From Amoebidium appalachense (taxonomy: Eukaryota > Protista > Ichthyosporea): a DNA stretch of 64,000 nt. The translations under genes and the position numbers were made by a program. The stretch spans positions 5,524,245 through 5,588,244 of the forward strand of contig CAVNZM010000009.1 in NCBI GenBank assembly GCA_963693365.1, in the 5' to 3' direction. Of this stretch, positions 1 to 12,519 are shown one piece after another; positions within the stretch are counted from its first letter, which is position 1; the number at the start of each line of letters is the position of its first letter. Below the pieces are notes generated by a model, which was given only the letters and a program-made list of their open reading frames with translations, did not search any database and had not been told where the DNA came from.

Positions 1-876
1 TTGATGTGCTTTACCATTGCATTCATACCAGGTATTGCTGTGGTGCCACTCAGTAGTGCAGCAGCAGGTCTGGGGGCAGGCAGGTGCCCGGGGCCAGCAG
101 GGTGATAGTGCTTGCATGGTGTGCCAAATGCCGCCGCCCACAGCGACACCAGCTGACCAGCAGCCCGCCGGCCGTGTCCCGTGCAGTGTGGCGCACGGCC
201 AGCTGGCTGTGCAGCTCCACGTGGCACCCCGCCGGCCCCGGGAGGCTGGCCCATGCCCGCCCGCTGGCCCGAGTCTTTGCGTCTGCGGCGGCAAAGCAGG
301 CCAGGGCCCGGTCCACCTGCACCACGGGGCCGGCCAGCACCTGCTGGTAGGCCTGCAGCAGCTGCCGCGCACTCTCGGCCGCGCTGCGGTGCACGCGGCC
401 AAAGTAGCCCGCACTGGGCCCGGCTGGCCGCATGGGCACGGCGGGCTGTGCACCCGGCAGCATGGTGCCGTTGATGGAGGCAAGGAGGTAGCAGAAGCAA
501 ACCACAGCTGGGAAACGGCGCCCACCCGCTCAAGGGGGGCCGCTAACGTAGTTTGTACGCAGCCAAGTACAGATAGACCGAAGCCAGAACTGTCTTTACA
601 CGCTCAAACGCTCCACTTACTCTACGGAATTAGTAAGAGTTACCTTTGCTTGGAGCTCGAGCGTGCGGCCTGCATGAGCTGCCTACTTATGTGACGGGTT
701 ACATATATAGGCGAGGGCCTTCATGAATCATGATGTGACCGTGCCATATGTTGTGATTGGCCGGCTGCTTGGAGCCTGTTACCATTGGTGGATCTAAAAT
801 AAGAGACGCGCTTTGATTGGCTGAGCAGTGGCATGCCCGTCACCCTAGACCGTGGCTCCATTAGCCCCCCTGTAAT

Positions 877-1463
877 GGGCCGCTTCACGTGGGGGCTAGA
901 ATTTAGATAATGGGAATCTAGATAATTAGCGTTAAAAAATGTCCACTCCGATCGATCGCTTTAAATTTAATGCATTCCATCAGGGTCTAGAATCTGGATG
1001 CCCATCTTCCAGATGTCGCAATCTGGAAGAGGGGGGAGGGGGGGTCTTCCAGATGTCTGGAGCCAATCTAGAAATTGAACTGATTTCCGATTGGTCGGCT
1101 GCATTTTCTCTAGACCAATCAATGACCTTATTGAAGATCATTGGTCCAAAAGGGTTTTTTGCATACCTGTGCTATGCTGTAGTTTCTGTCTTCTGTTTTG
1201 TTATGAAGCTTTCAGCGATACGTATATATAAACCTTGCAAAAAATATTAATATGCATATTTATAAGCTTATAAAATATTTATCACAGTCTCAGTGTTAAG
1301 TTTTTACATTTATTTATTAAACAAAGCAAGAAACAATGTAGAGTTTCTAAATTATCTAAATCATACCTGTGCGAACCGGAACAATTTAAAACGTTCTAAA
1401 TTGTCAATTTAGAACTTCTAGATTTGCCGCATTTCTAAATCTAGCCCCGAGGTGAAGCGGCCC
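877..1463. mobile_element. Non-autonomous DNA transposon (MITE), PIF/Harbinger (Tourist)-like
   Basis: Terminal inverted repeats GGGCCGCTTCAC...GTGAAGCGGCCC (12 bp perfect, extending imperfectly to ~45 bp). Flanked by a 3-bp direct repeat AAT (874-876, 1464-1466). AT-rich non-coding interior with many TCTAGA/TCTAAA motifs. GGG termini plus a 3-bp TSD fit Harbinger. Confidence 0.8.
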
Positions 1464-1809
1464 AATCAAATGATTAATCTTCAACGTTAATCACATTTGC
1501 GGCGCTTCCACCGACTTACCCAGCAGCCCAAAAATACATGTTAAGTAGGCAAAAAGTTGGTTTTGCTAGTCAAGAAAACGCCTATGTAATTGTTTTTGGG
1601 TTTTTATGTCTATAATATCCATGTTTATTATACACCTTCGAGAAGAGGTGCGAGCGTAAAAGAAGATTAATCAATCCGAGAAGAAGATTAATCACAGCGG
1701 CTGGATCCCGCGGCACATGCATGTGATCGGCAGCCGGCCGCGGCTCACGAAGCTCACGTGTTAATTGTGCGCGCACAGCGTCATGTGTGAGGTACTCTCT
1801 CACTTTCTC

Positions 1810-1873
1810 TGTATGTGTGTGTGTGTGTGTATGTGTGTGTGCTGTGTGTGTGTCTGTGTGCTGGTGTGTGCGT

Positions 1874-1935
<62 letters not shown>

Positions 1936-2500
1936 ACATGTGTGCCTAGGCCTGTGCATATGCCTATATAGACAAGCACACATACGGGCGTGTGTGGTGC
2001 CACGTGTACGCTGCATGCAGTGCATGGATGCCACGTAACACGGTGCCGTGGTACTGTACAGGTCAACTTAAAATGCATGTGCTATTGTACGCACATGCTG
2101 ATGTTAGCGTGTTCAGCTGTGATGACGTGTGTGTGTGCTTGTGTGGGTGTGTTTGTATGCAATGTACACGCTTGTACGTGCGTACATTGCAGAGAGTGTG
2201 TGCCGGTGCATGTTTTCTGTGACGGTGTCCACGGTTTGCGTGTGAGTGTGTACCGCGTGTGTGTGTGTGTGGGTGCATGTGTGTTTTTCAGCATGTATGA
2301 TGCCACAGTGCTTGTTTGCGGTGTGTGCACGTGTGGTACGTGTTACGCACTGTGTTTCACAGTGCAGTGTGTGCCACGGCATGCAGTGTGTGTGTGTATT
2401 TCTATATACATGCATGTACGAGTCCGTGTGCCACGGTGTGCACGTGCGTGTGTCAGGGTGGTTGGGTGGGCAGCCGGTGCATGTGCATATGTGTGTGTTG
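1810..2500. repeat. (TG)n microsatellite and degenerate TG-rich low-complexity tract
   Basis: Pure TG run at ~1876-1933 within a degenerate TG/TGCA-rich tract, followed by long poly-G runs. Confidence 0.9.
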
Positions 2501-2503
2501 GGG

Positions 2504-2542
<39 letters not shown>

Positions 2543-2770
2543 ATAATGTCTGTATATCTGTACAATATTGCTATGAATAGAATTTCCTTATTATTTAACA
2601 GGGAGCCGGGGCCCCGGGGTGAGTGTGATATGTGCACTCGTGCAATGCATGTACCTGGCCGTTTCAGTGTGTGTGCCATGCCATGTGTGTGTGTGCACAT
2701 GTGTGTGTTAGGGTGACCACGGTTAGGTGGGCAGGTGCCACAGTGCGTGCGCGTGTGTGTGTGTTCAAGG

Positions 2771-2845
<75 letters not shown>

Positions 2846-3639
2846 AGGGGAGGGGAGGGGCAGGAATTCGGGCCGGGCTATGTAGGAAGGGGGAGGGCGG
2901 GGGGGGGGGGGGGGGGGGGGGGATCATTCATATACGTTTTCCATACACACTGAGACATGTTGCATGATTTAAACCATCTTTTTCTTCCTCTCCAAGAGCC
3001 ACACATAATTTTCGGTGACATTTCTGGAAACAATTATAGTAGTACTATGATACATTTTCAATTATTTATGATCTTCCAAAAAGGGATTATTAATACTAAT
3101 AACTAATGTGCTACATATATTTATGTATATATATTTATAATGAAACCAAATACAGGTCTGTGGCCACAGAAACGTGCCACTAATTTAATTTCAAAACCAT
3201 CAAAGCACAGTGACCGTATTGTTTGTGCTTCATACACTGAGATGTATGCAGGGTACTGAATACAACGGCAGGCAGCCCCCCCCCCCCTCCCTCCCCCCGC
3301 CAACCCGCACACACACATACACACACACAAACCCACACCCACACACATACACACATACACTGCTACTGGCATGCCGCCAGTCCCCCTTGCTATTACGTAT
3401 ATTCAAAAAACTGGGGGGAGGGGGGGGGGGGGGGGAGAAGGAAAAGAAGCCCCCCCCCCCCCCACACACACACACACACACACGGCACATACACACCTAC
3501 ACAGCTTCAGACAGGCTCCTTTGCATAGAGAAAATCAGGACGAAACAACAAAAACAAAATATGAAAACTGGAGGTGTTTGCGGTTGGGAATGCGTGGCTC
3601 AGTTTAACATCATAGAACACGGAGGGGGACACATGTGTA

Positions 3640-4087
3640 CACCGTAGAATGACAAATAGCATATCACTTTCAGGAAACCGTGTAAATCGTGTAGTGTGGC
3701 AGTCCTCTTCTTGCGTGCACGGAGTCCAATATTGATAGTCTCAAGCAGTGTCTGGAGAATGAGTGGTGAAAAGAAGAGGTCGAGGACGTTACTAATGGTT
3801 GGCTCTCCAGAAAAGTGGGTTAGCAAACGTTTCTGGATCTCCGAGGTCTCCTTCCTGAACGTATCTAAAAGCCTGCTTTCAACATCGTCTGCTTTGAGTG
3901 TTAACTCTACTTGCTTGGCGTCATAAATACGCCATTTTCCTGTGAGTGTGGTATCACCGTTGTCAACAGAATCTTCTGTATCACTTGTGCTTTCGTCAGC
4001 AAAGAAATCGTTAAAGATGTCTGAGTCTACCTCCCCGGCTTCAAACCCACTACTATCATCAAATATTATTTCAAAGTCCCCTTCCAT
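3640..4087 (-). pseudogene. 5' fragment of a piggyBac-like transposase
   Basis: Acidic N-terminus followed by 'VLDLFFSPLILQTLLETIN...TLHDLHGFLKVICYLSFYG', resembling the N-terminal block of piggyBac DDE_Tnp_1_7 transposases. Truncated before any catalytic residues. Confidence 0.5.
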
Positions 4088-4575
4088 TCTTTGCGTCCAT
4101 CACCAAAAACAAAACAAAAGAAAACAAGAAAACAAAAAGAAAGTGAAAACGACAGGGTGTATCTACAGCAACGCTACGGGTTCAAGTTGGGTGTGAGATG
4201 ATAATCTACAAGCAGGGTCCTCAAAAGTAGCCACGGCCCGTGTTGTTTGTTTACAACAGCTAAAAAAGGCTATACGTCACACCATAAATGGGTCTTGTTC
4301 GAACAGCAACCAGTGGTATACTGCACTCGAGGGGTGTAAAAGCATTGCTCTCCTATTTCTTTGTTGAAACGCAGCGTTTCCCCCCCCCATCATAATGCAA
4401 TACTGCACACTCAGGTCAATCATTCAAGCCTTGCAGCAGTCACTGTGGCTCCTTGATTAATGATCCTCGATATCCATATTCACCTACCGTCACGCTCTCG
4501 CTGTGCCGAAAAGTCCATATGCAACACACACCCAGCCGCTGGGCTTTCAAACCTTTATATGTTTGCTTCGCACAG

Positions 4576-4786
4576 CGTATATGGCAGCATGTGCAGGGAC
4601 AAGCCAGCAGGCCCGGCGCCAGCGGGTGGCGACCAGGTGCAGGGGCTGAGCGGGTCGGCCAGACGGCCCAGCACCCTGGGCCTGGGCTCCCCTCACTCGC
4701 CCTGCCCGGACCCGCGGCTGCACGCGGCAGATCAGACGCTGGACACGCTGCTCGACCCAGACTACTGGCGCCAGCTGTGTCCACAG
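4576..4786 (+). CDS. Probable exon of a host protein-coding gene (...DTLLDPDYWRQLCPQ)
   Basis: Acceptor ttcgcacag| at 4575, GC-rich coding-like codons, donor CAG|GCAGGT at 4787 (alternative GT at 4791). Joins in frame to the exon at 5511 as WRQLCPQ-LHVG. Confidence 0.5.
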
Positions 4787-5510
4787 GCAGGTGGCGGGGG
4801 GCCTTTGGGAGTTTGAAAGGGGAGGGGAGGGGGAGGGGAGGGGGACCGGGGTAGAGGCCGACAGGTGTCAGGAGGGAAGTTTCATTACGATGGAGGAAGG
4901 GGGAGAAGCGCGGGGTGAGGGAGAGAGAGGCTGGTACTGCCTGGTGCCACTGTGTGCTGGCCCTGCTGGTTGGTTGGCCTGGCCTCTGAGATCTGTGCTG
5001 GGCCTCGGTTTTTGCTGTACGCTTTTCCGGATTTCTTCCTTTTCTTGGATGTTCCTCCTTTGCTTTCTTGGGCCTTGGTGTGTTTGTGCCCTTTCTTTCT
5101 CTTACTCGCTCTCTCCTTGCCTGTCCCCTCCTTTCTTCCTTCATCCCTAATCCCCCTTTTCTCCTCTCGCTCACTTACTCTCTGCTCTCCTTTACTGCAC
5201 TTGTGCATGGTGTGTGTGTGTGTGTGTGCCTATCTGTGTGTGTGTAATGTGTGTACGGTGTTTTGTTTTTTTTTTTTGTTTTTTTTTTTTGTGGGGGGAG
5301 GGGGAGGGGGGGGGGGGAGGGGAGGGGGGGCAAGTGTTCGGGTGGTTTGTGCTTTGTGTCTGCGTGTGTGCCTGGCTGGGTGCACGTTGAACGCCTGCTC
5401 TATCTCAGGGCTAAGGAGGAGACACCGAGCGTGTGTGTGCTGTGGAGAGCACCAGCAGGGGGTGTTGGTTGGGGGCTGGGCAGGCCCCTTGGGCTGACGC
5501 TGGGCTGCAG

Positions 5511-5592
5511 CTGCACGTGGGGGACAAAGACAGGCTGCAGTCAGTCGTGCCCACCGTGCTGAGTGCCGGCAAGATGGAAGACCCGCAGACTG
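5511..5592 (+). CDS. Probable next exon of the same host gene (LHVGDKDRLQSVVPTVLSAGKMEDPQT)
   Basis: Acceptor ctgcag| at 5510 and canonical donor |GTGAG at 5593; open frame continuing the 4576-4786 exon. Confidence 0.5.
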
Positions 5593-5604
5593 GTGAGGGG
5601 GGGC

Positions 5605-5769
5605 ACTGGGCCACACACAGGGGGAGGCGGGGGGGGGGACTGGTGCACACAAAGGAGGGGGAAGGAAAACTGGTGCATACACACGGGGGGGAAGGGGGAG
5701 GGGAGGGGACTGTTGCACACACACAGGACGGGGGAAAGGGGGGGGGGGGGGGGGAGACCGGTGCACACA

Positions 5770-5803
<34 letters not shown>

Positions 5804-6506
5804 GGTGTACACACACGGGGGAGGAGGTGGAGGGGATTGGTGCACACACACGGGGGGGGAAGGAAGACTGGTGCACACACACGAGGGGGAAGGGGGGAGG
5901 GGAGGCGACTGGTGCACACACACGGGGCGGGGAAAGGGGGGATGGGGAACTGGTGCACACACGGGGGGAGGTGGCGTGGGGGAGGGGGAACTGGTGCACA
6001 CACATGGGGGGAAGGTGGGGGGGGGGAGAGGGGACTGGTGCACACACACGGGGGGGGAGGTGGGGGGGATTGGTGCACACACACAGGGGGGGGGGGGGTT
6101 TGAGGGGATTGGTGCACACACACCGGGGGGGGGGGGGGGGGGGGCGCTGGGGGAGGGTACTGGTGCACATACACGGGGGGGGGGGGGGGGGGGGGGGGGG
6201 GGAGGGGGGGGCAGGGGACTGGTGCACACACGGGGGAGGAGGGGGGGGGGGGATTAGAACACACGCGGGGGGGGAGGGGGGATTGGTGCACACACACCGG
6301 GGAGGGGAGGGGGGAGGGGACTGGTGCACACACATGGGGGGGGGGGGGGGACTGGTGCATACACACGGGGGCGGAGCGGAGGTGGTGACGGCACTGGTGC
6401 ACACACGGGGGGACGGGGGGGGGGGGGGGGGATTGGTGCACACACACGGGGGGGGGGGGGGGGGGGGGGGGGATTGGTGCACACACACCGGGGGGGGGGG
6501 GGGGGC
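5605..6506 (+). repeat. G-rich minisatellite, ~23 units of core A(C/T)TGGTGCACACAC(AC) separated by variable G-runs (~40 bp period)
   Basis: Core repeated directly from ~5605 to ~6490; spacers are almost pure G/GA of variable length. Confidence 0.9.
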
Positions 6507-6548
6507 TGGCTGAGTGCTGCAGTTGGGGTTAGGGGGGGGGGGGGAGTG

Positions 6549-8378
6549 CGACCCGGTTGGTGAATAGTCACCACCATGCCCTGTGGACCTTTGTCCTTAG
6601 GGCCAGCTACGATGCTATACGCGCGGGTGTCTACGACGCTCAGCCTGCGAGTAGTGCCTTGGCTGCGTTCCCCGCGGCCTACCCTGTATTGACAGAATGG
6701 CTACCTCTCACGGCGGGCAATGCCGCTTTGCCACCCCCTAGGGTTGGAGCCACAGTAGACGTTATTGCAGTTTTTGTCTCCTACACTGCAGCCGTTTTTG
6801 GCCAACCGCGACGGCGGCCTTCTCAAGCCTGTTCCGCCGACGCCTGCAGAGCTGCGCCGCATCCGACCGGCGCATCACGTTCCCAGTGGGGAGTACGGTC
6901 CCTGCTAAGTTCTTCAGCTTCAAGACTGCGACATGGTGCACTATTTCGAGGCGGAGGAAAAACCACTGGCCATCAATGGGCTGTTTGGGGTCCCCAAAGA
7001 CACCAGAGCCCGCGTCATTTTTGACGGCCGCCGTGGCAACCTGTTCTTTGCCCGTGATCATCCTGCCCTCAAGATGCACCTGCCCAGCCCTGCCGATTAT
7101 GCTGATTTGTTGCTGGGACCTGAGGATTGCCTCTATTTTGGCAAGTCGGACATGGACAACCAGTTCCATCGTCTTCTTGCCCCCGAGTGGCTGTGGCGGT
7201 ACTTCGGATTGCCGCCTGTGTCTTCGAAGGCATGTTGGCCTTTCTGGGCCCGACCGGCTTGTGTACCCGGCCCTCAAGACCGTGCCCATGGGCTGGGTGC
7301 ATTCTGTGCTTGTGGCTCAAGACGTCCACGGGCAGTTGGCTGACCGAGCCGGCATGCCCCGCATTGAGCGCCTCTGTGCAATAGTGCCGTGGCCTGTGGA
7401 GGCCACGCAGCATTCCCTGTATGTGGACGACTGTGGCTGGGTCGGCACAGATGCCACCGCCATCAATCGTCAGCGTGAATCGTATCATGGCGTCACCGGC
7501 CCGGCTGGTCTTCCCTCCAACGTCAAGAAGGATGTGGCTGCTGGTTCGTCATCCTCTATGGTGCTGCTAGGCCTTGAAATGCATCGCTCTGGGATTTTGG
7601 GCCCGTCTGGTGCTTCCTTGTGCCGCCTGGTGGCGGAAACCCAGGCCGTGTTGCGTCGTGGTGTCGTCATGCAGCTCCGCTTGCAGCAGTTGCTTGGTGG
7701 TTGGGTGTGGGCGGCACTGCTGCAGCGGCCGCTTTTGTCGGTTCTGAGTGTCGTCTACAGTTTTGTGGAGCAGCTGGGGGGTCGGGAACAGCCCCTTCCA
7801 CCGCCCGTGGTGTGGGAGCTTCAGGCGATGTGTGCTTTGGCCCCGTTGATGCGTTGTGATTTGCGTTCTGGGTTTGCTAGCACCATGTTCTGCACTGATG
7901 CTTCCTTGTTGGATGGTGCAGTGGTGTCCCGGGTGCTTCCAGCAGCATCTCTCCGCCAAGTGCTGCCTCACTGCAACCGGCGTGGCCACTACAGCCAGCT
8001 GTCTGGTCCCCTGCACGAGCCAAGCCCGTCCGCCCCCCGGCACCTATCCTGGCAGCGGTTGGTGGCCGATGGACCACCAACATCAGTCATCGTTGGCGCC
8101 ACTCCGACCACATCAAGATTCTGGAGGGAGAAGCCTTGCTCCTGGGGCTTCGTCAATTAGGTCGGTCTACGGCTGCCCGGAGCTCCCACTACCTTTGGGG
8201 CCTTGATTCGACGGCGCTGCTTGGGGCTGTTGCTAAGGGTCGTTCAGCATCCCGCCGCCTTAACCGTGTATGCCGCCAGGTGGCTGCCTACACGCTTGCC
8301 CTCGACATTCGTTTGTATTGTGTGTGGCTGCCGTCAGCCCACAATCCTGCAGATGGTCCCTCGCGGTCTTCTGGCTGA
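6549..8378 (+). pseudogene. Reverse transcriptase/RNase H (DIRS-type), truncated and frameshifted
   Basis: KSDMDNQF, PMGW, YVDD, TDAS and NPADGPSR motifs distributed across frames. Confidence 0.9.
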
Positions 8379-9280
8379 CCAGGCTATAAAGCCCCCAACC
8401 CTCAAGGCCTACCGGGATGCTGTTGTTGAGTTCCTGGATTGGTTGACGACACCAAGTCCCCCGCCAAACTGGACGACCTCCTGGTGGAGTATTTTGAGGA
8501 GTGTTATGCCATTGATCCATCGCGTGGCCAGCGTCCGTCAGCGCTGTGTCAACACAGCTGCCAGCATCAAGCATTTCATGCCACGCCTGGGTCCACACCT
8601 GCAGGCTCCCCAACAGAGCCTGCCAGCAGGGCTGGAACCGGCTTGTTCAAGCAAAGACCACGCCCCCGCTTCCGTTTTCATTGGTCCTTGTCATTGGCCA
8701 TCATTTGTATTCCATAATTGGCCCATTGTTTGGTATTGCTGTTTTGCTCGGATTTGAGTGTTATTTTCGTGTCAGTGAGCTGCTTATGCTCACCCGTGCG
8801 GATCTTGTTTTGCCCGACGACCCCGTTCGCCACGACATGCCACCCGGTACAGGCGGCATCCGCCTGGCCAACACCAAGACCGGTCCAAATCAGTTTGTCC
8901 CCATCACCGATCCGTCCCTGTTGGCCATCCTGTCTTTCTGGTTCCGTGGCGCCCCCCCTTATGCGCGGCTGTTTCCTTTCTCGTATGATGTTCTGCGTGC
9001 CAAGTTCCAATTGGCATGTGACTCCCTCGGCCTCAAGGAGTATGGGTTCCATCTTCACAGTCTTCGCCATGGTGGTGCCTCAAGAGACTACGTCAGGGGT
9101 GTTTTGGTAGAGACGATTGCTTTGCGTGGTCGGTGGAGATCGCATGCCTCCCTCCGCCGGTATGTGCAGGCTGGCCAGTCTCTTGTTCTTTCTATTCGGG
9201 TGCCTGCATAGCTCCTTGCCCGGGCTGCAGCGCTGCGTCAGTCACCCACGGCATGGTTCGTTCCTTCCCGTGCCAGATAG
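8353..9280 (+). pseudogene. Tyrosine recombinase, frameshifted with premature stop
   Basis: FRVSE, TKTG, HSLRHGG, GRW and RRY motifs; frameshifts near 8445-8630 and TAG at 9209. Confidence 0.9.
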
Positions 9281-10070
9281 GGAGTGGTGGAGCACACCTG
9301 TGCCTGCTTGTGAGATTGATCCACAGGCACCGGCTCATGTATCCCCTTGCTGGGGCTGGTAAAGACGATGTTGGCATAAGAATATTTAGTTTGTAAACGT
9401 GTTTTCTTTGCAGGAGAGTTAGATAGCCCCGTTGGAGTGAAATTGTGTGTTGCGAGTGTGCTGTAAAGTTCGTAGTTGTAGCATGTTGTAGGCGTTGGTG
9501 TGTTTGATGTGTGTGCAAAGTTTCAGGCTGCTTGCATTTTTGTTTAGGGAGCTGTAGCTGTTTTTATGTTCTGTGGGATATGCCATATCGTTATATTGAT
9601 GAGTTTGAGTTATATCTAGTCCGAAATGGGCGGCAATTGATTTGGTCTTTGTGATCTAGGGGTTTTAGCCACTTGCGAAAATTTTCGATTGGTTGATGTG
9701 CAGCGAAAATTCCAGTTTGGTAGATTTCATGGATTTGATAGGTTCTAAGTCATTTCATCATATTTCCATAGGCAAAAATGTGGGCCGCGCTATATAATGA
9801 GCTTGCGCGGCCCCAGGGAGGTCAGTTGCGGCGCTACTGAGCGCGTTTAGGTCTCTCTAGGCCCAATTTTTTAGCTAAGCTTTTGCCCACCCACCACACC
9901 CTTTGCCTATTTAGGCTCGTTTTTAAGCATGTTTCTGTATGACATTTGTTATTCTTTTCATTGCTCCTGTGGAGCACACCTGTGCCTGCCAGTGCTTCTG
10001 AGATTGATCCACAGGCACCGGCTCATGTATCCCCTTGCTGGGGCTGGTAAAGGCGACGTTTGCATAAGAA

Positions 10071-10318
10071 TCAACATTCTGGAAGGAGAGAGTCTGCTGT
10101 TTGGCTTGCGCCGCTTGGGTCGTTGCTGCTCAGCCCGCAGCCGCCGCTACCTGTGGGGTCCGGACTCTACTGCACCCCTCGGTGCTGTAGCCAAGGGCCG
10201 CTCGGTCTCCCACCGCCTGAATCGTGTCTGCCTCCAAGTGGCTGCTTATTCGCTGGCCCTTGATATCCGTCTCTATTGATTGGCTCTGGCTTCCTTCGGC
10301 CAGCACCCCTGCCGATGG
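10071..10318 (+). pseudogene. RNase H fragment of a diverged sister YR retrotransposon (presumed family B)
   Basis: INILEGESLLFGLRRLGR...DSTAPLGAVAKGRS...LDIRLY is homologous to family A RNase H but has many synonymous differences; interrupted by the family A B2 end. Confidence 0.8.
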
Positions 10319-10391
10319 TATGTCCCGTGTATTTTGAGTTGTATTTTTTATTGTAATTTTGTGGGAATTTTAATTGTGCACCTGTTAATGT

Positions 10392-10641
<250 letters not shown>

Positions 10642-10689
10642 GCGCGTCTATAGCTTCGAATTTTGGGTATGTTTAATTTCTTTTTGTTG

Positions 10690-10975
10690 TCCAATGGCCT
10701 TGCTCCCTGCACCCATGTGCTATGTCGCGTCGCCCGTTTTCCCCGGCATGGTCTCTTCCCGCCCATGCCAGCAAGGCAAGAGTGGAGCACACGTGTGCCT
10801 AAGATCATAGGGTCAGAAGGCACCACCTCAAGTATCCCCGTGCTGGGGCTGGTAAAGGCGACGTTGGCACAAGAATGATTAGTTTTTAAACGTTTTTTCT
10901 TTGCAGGAGCATTGGACAGCACCGGAGACAGAGTAACAGGACTCCGTGTGCGAGATATGCAGGTGATAGTGGTAG
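10690..10975 (+). mobile_element. YR family B remnant: YR 3' end, B1 and start of A2
   Basis: B-like repeat GTGGAGCACAC...ACGTTGGCACAAGAA joined to TGATTAGTTTTTAAACG...; the A part matches the reverse complement of ~63490-63589. Confidence 0.8.
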
Positions 10976-11580
10976 CAACAGATAATGGGAAAAATTGTAA
11001 AGTTTACAATATGCAACATGGGGTTATGCAGTGGAATATGGGTCGAAAGCACCCTAAAGTGACGTCGGATGGCCCCCTTCCTCCCCTTCCAGAAGTCACG
11101 CCCTGGTGGCAAAAGCAACGCGTTGCGAAGCATACAGTGACACTTAGCAAAAACCAAGGGAGTCCAGGAGGGTGTTATCAGGAAAACTCGAGCCCAGATA
11201 CAAGACCATTGACCGTCTGTTTGCCTTTATTCCTTTACACGTTGTCGGTGTGTACCCAGCTCCAGTCACACAGTGACTGGCAACGACAGCAGATCGTTAC
11301 TATCAAAACCCAACGAGTTAGCAAACAAAATATTGGTTGAGGGGTGGGGGGTGGAGCAACCAAAAACGAGTAAATGAACGGGAAACATGTTCATTGCACA
11401 AATGAATGCCATTCGCAAAGACTTGGAAATAATGATAATATACCGTCATTCAGAAAACAATTAGCTACGAGGAGGAATATATTCATAACACATGGGCAAT
11501 ATTTTACTACGTGAAAATTATTGATGTCCCCAACAGAGGACATTCGAAACTATCGACACATCCCAATATCAACAATCTTC

Positions 11581-12045
11581 AAATCTAATATCCTCGCTGG
11601 AGGACATTAGCCCTCACAACCGAACTATATTTACAGGCAAACCATAATCAATACCCTCCACGGCGGGTAAAAGCTTTACATTATGGGCTAAAAAATAAAG
11701 CATTTTGTACCCGCGTGCGCGCGCACACATACACACACACACAAATCTAATATCCTCGCTGGAGGACATTAGCCCTCACAACCTAACTATATTTACAGGC
11801 ATAACCATAATTAATACCTTCGTGGCACGGCGGGTAAAAGCTTTACATTATGGGCTAAAAAATAAAGCATTTTGTACCCGCGTGCGCGCACACACACACC
11901 CAAATTTAATATCCTCGCTGGAGGACATTAGCCCTCACAACCTAACTATATTTACAGGCAAAACCATAATTAATACCCTCCACGGCGGGTATAAGCTTTA
12001 CATTACAGGCTAAAAAATAAAGCATTTTGAACCCGCGCGGGCGCA
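11581..12045 (+). repeat. Tandem repeat, 3 x ~160 bp
   Basis: Unit AAATCTAATATCCTCGCTGGAGGACATTAGCCCTCACAACC...AAAAATAAAGCATTTTG starts at ~11581, ~11743 and ~11902; each unit ends in CGCG/CACA. Confidence 0.9.
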
Positions 12046-12465
12046 CACACACACACACACACACACAACACACACACAACACACATCAAACACCACAGGG
12101 TACGGGAAACAACTTATTTTCCAAGCTTTCGTGCTTGCTGCTCTCAAACAATAAGCACACATGCCTTAGTAATACAGTATACTCCCTAATAAATAAAAAA
12201 CTCCCACACAATGTGGCTCTTGCTAGAACTTTCCATTGGGGAAAAAAAATCTTAACAACCCGTGGTCGTGGCACTGGCGGGGCCGCTTTTTTACGTGTAG
12301 GTTGAAGCTGGCTGTCATCATCATCTTTAGATGCACGCCTCTCTCTGGAAGACCCTACAGACAACGGTGTGTCAAGGTAAGTGAGTGAGTGTGTATGTGT
12401 GTGTGTGTGTGTGTGCATGTGCGTGTGCGTGTTTGTGTGTGTGTGTGTGTGTGTATGTATGTGTT

Positions 12466-12508
<43 letters not shown>

Positions 12509-12519
12509 TTTTCTTTTCG

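Larger units (their letters stand above)
6549..10070 (+). mobile_element. YR retrotransposon family A, 5'-truncated decayed copy (RT/RH-YR-B1-A2-spacer-B2)
   Basis: Near-identical to the reverse complement of the 15429-20913 copy. Starts inside RT and ends at the B2 terminus ...CATAAGAA. Several frameshifts. Confidence 0.93.

Noticed and set aside
50-505. GC-rich minus-strand ORF with CRCGRRH motif
   Set aside because: Looks coding, but no family recognised and it lies at the window edge; not supportable as a call
1582-3647. Numerous Cys/Val-, His/Thr-, Gly- and Pro-rich ORFs
   Set aside because: Translations of TG/CA microsatellites and G/C homopolymers
5605-6506. CRISPR-like repeat-spacer array
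   Set aside because: Core is only ~14-16 bp, spacers are low-complexity G-runs rather than unique sequence, there are no cas genes, and the context is eukaryotic
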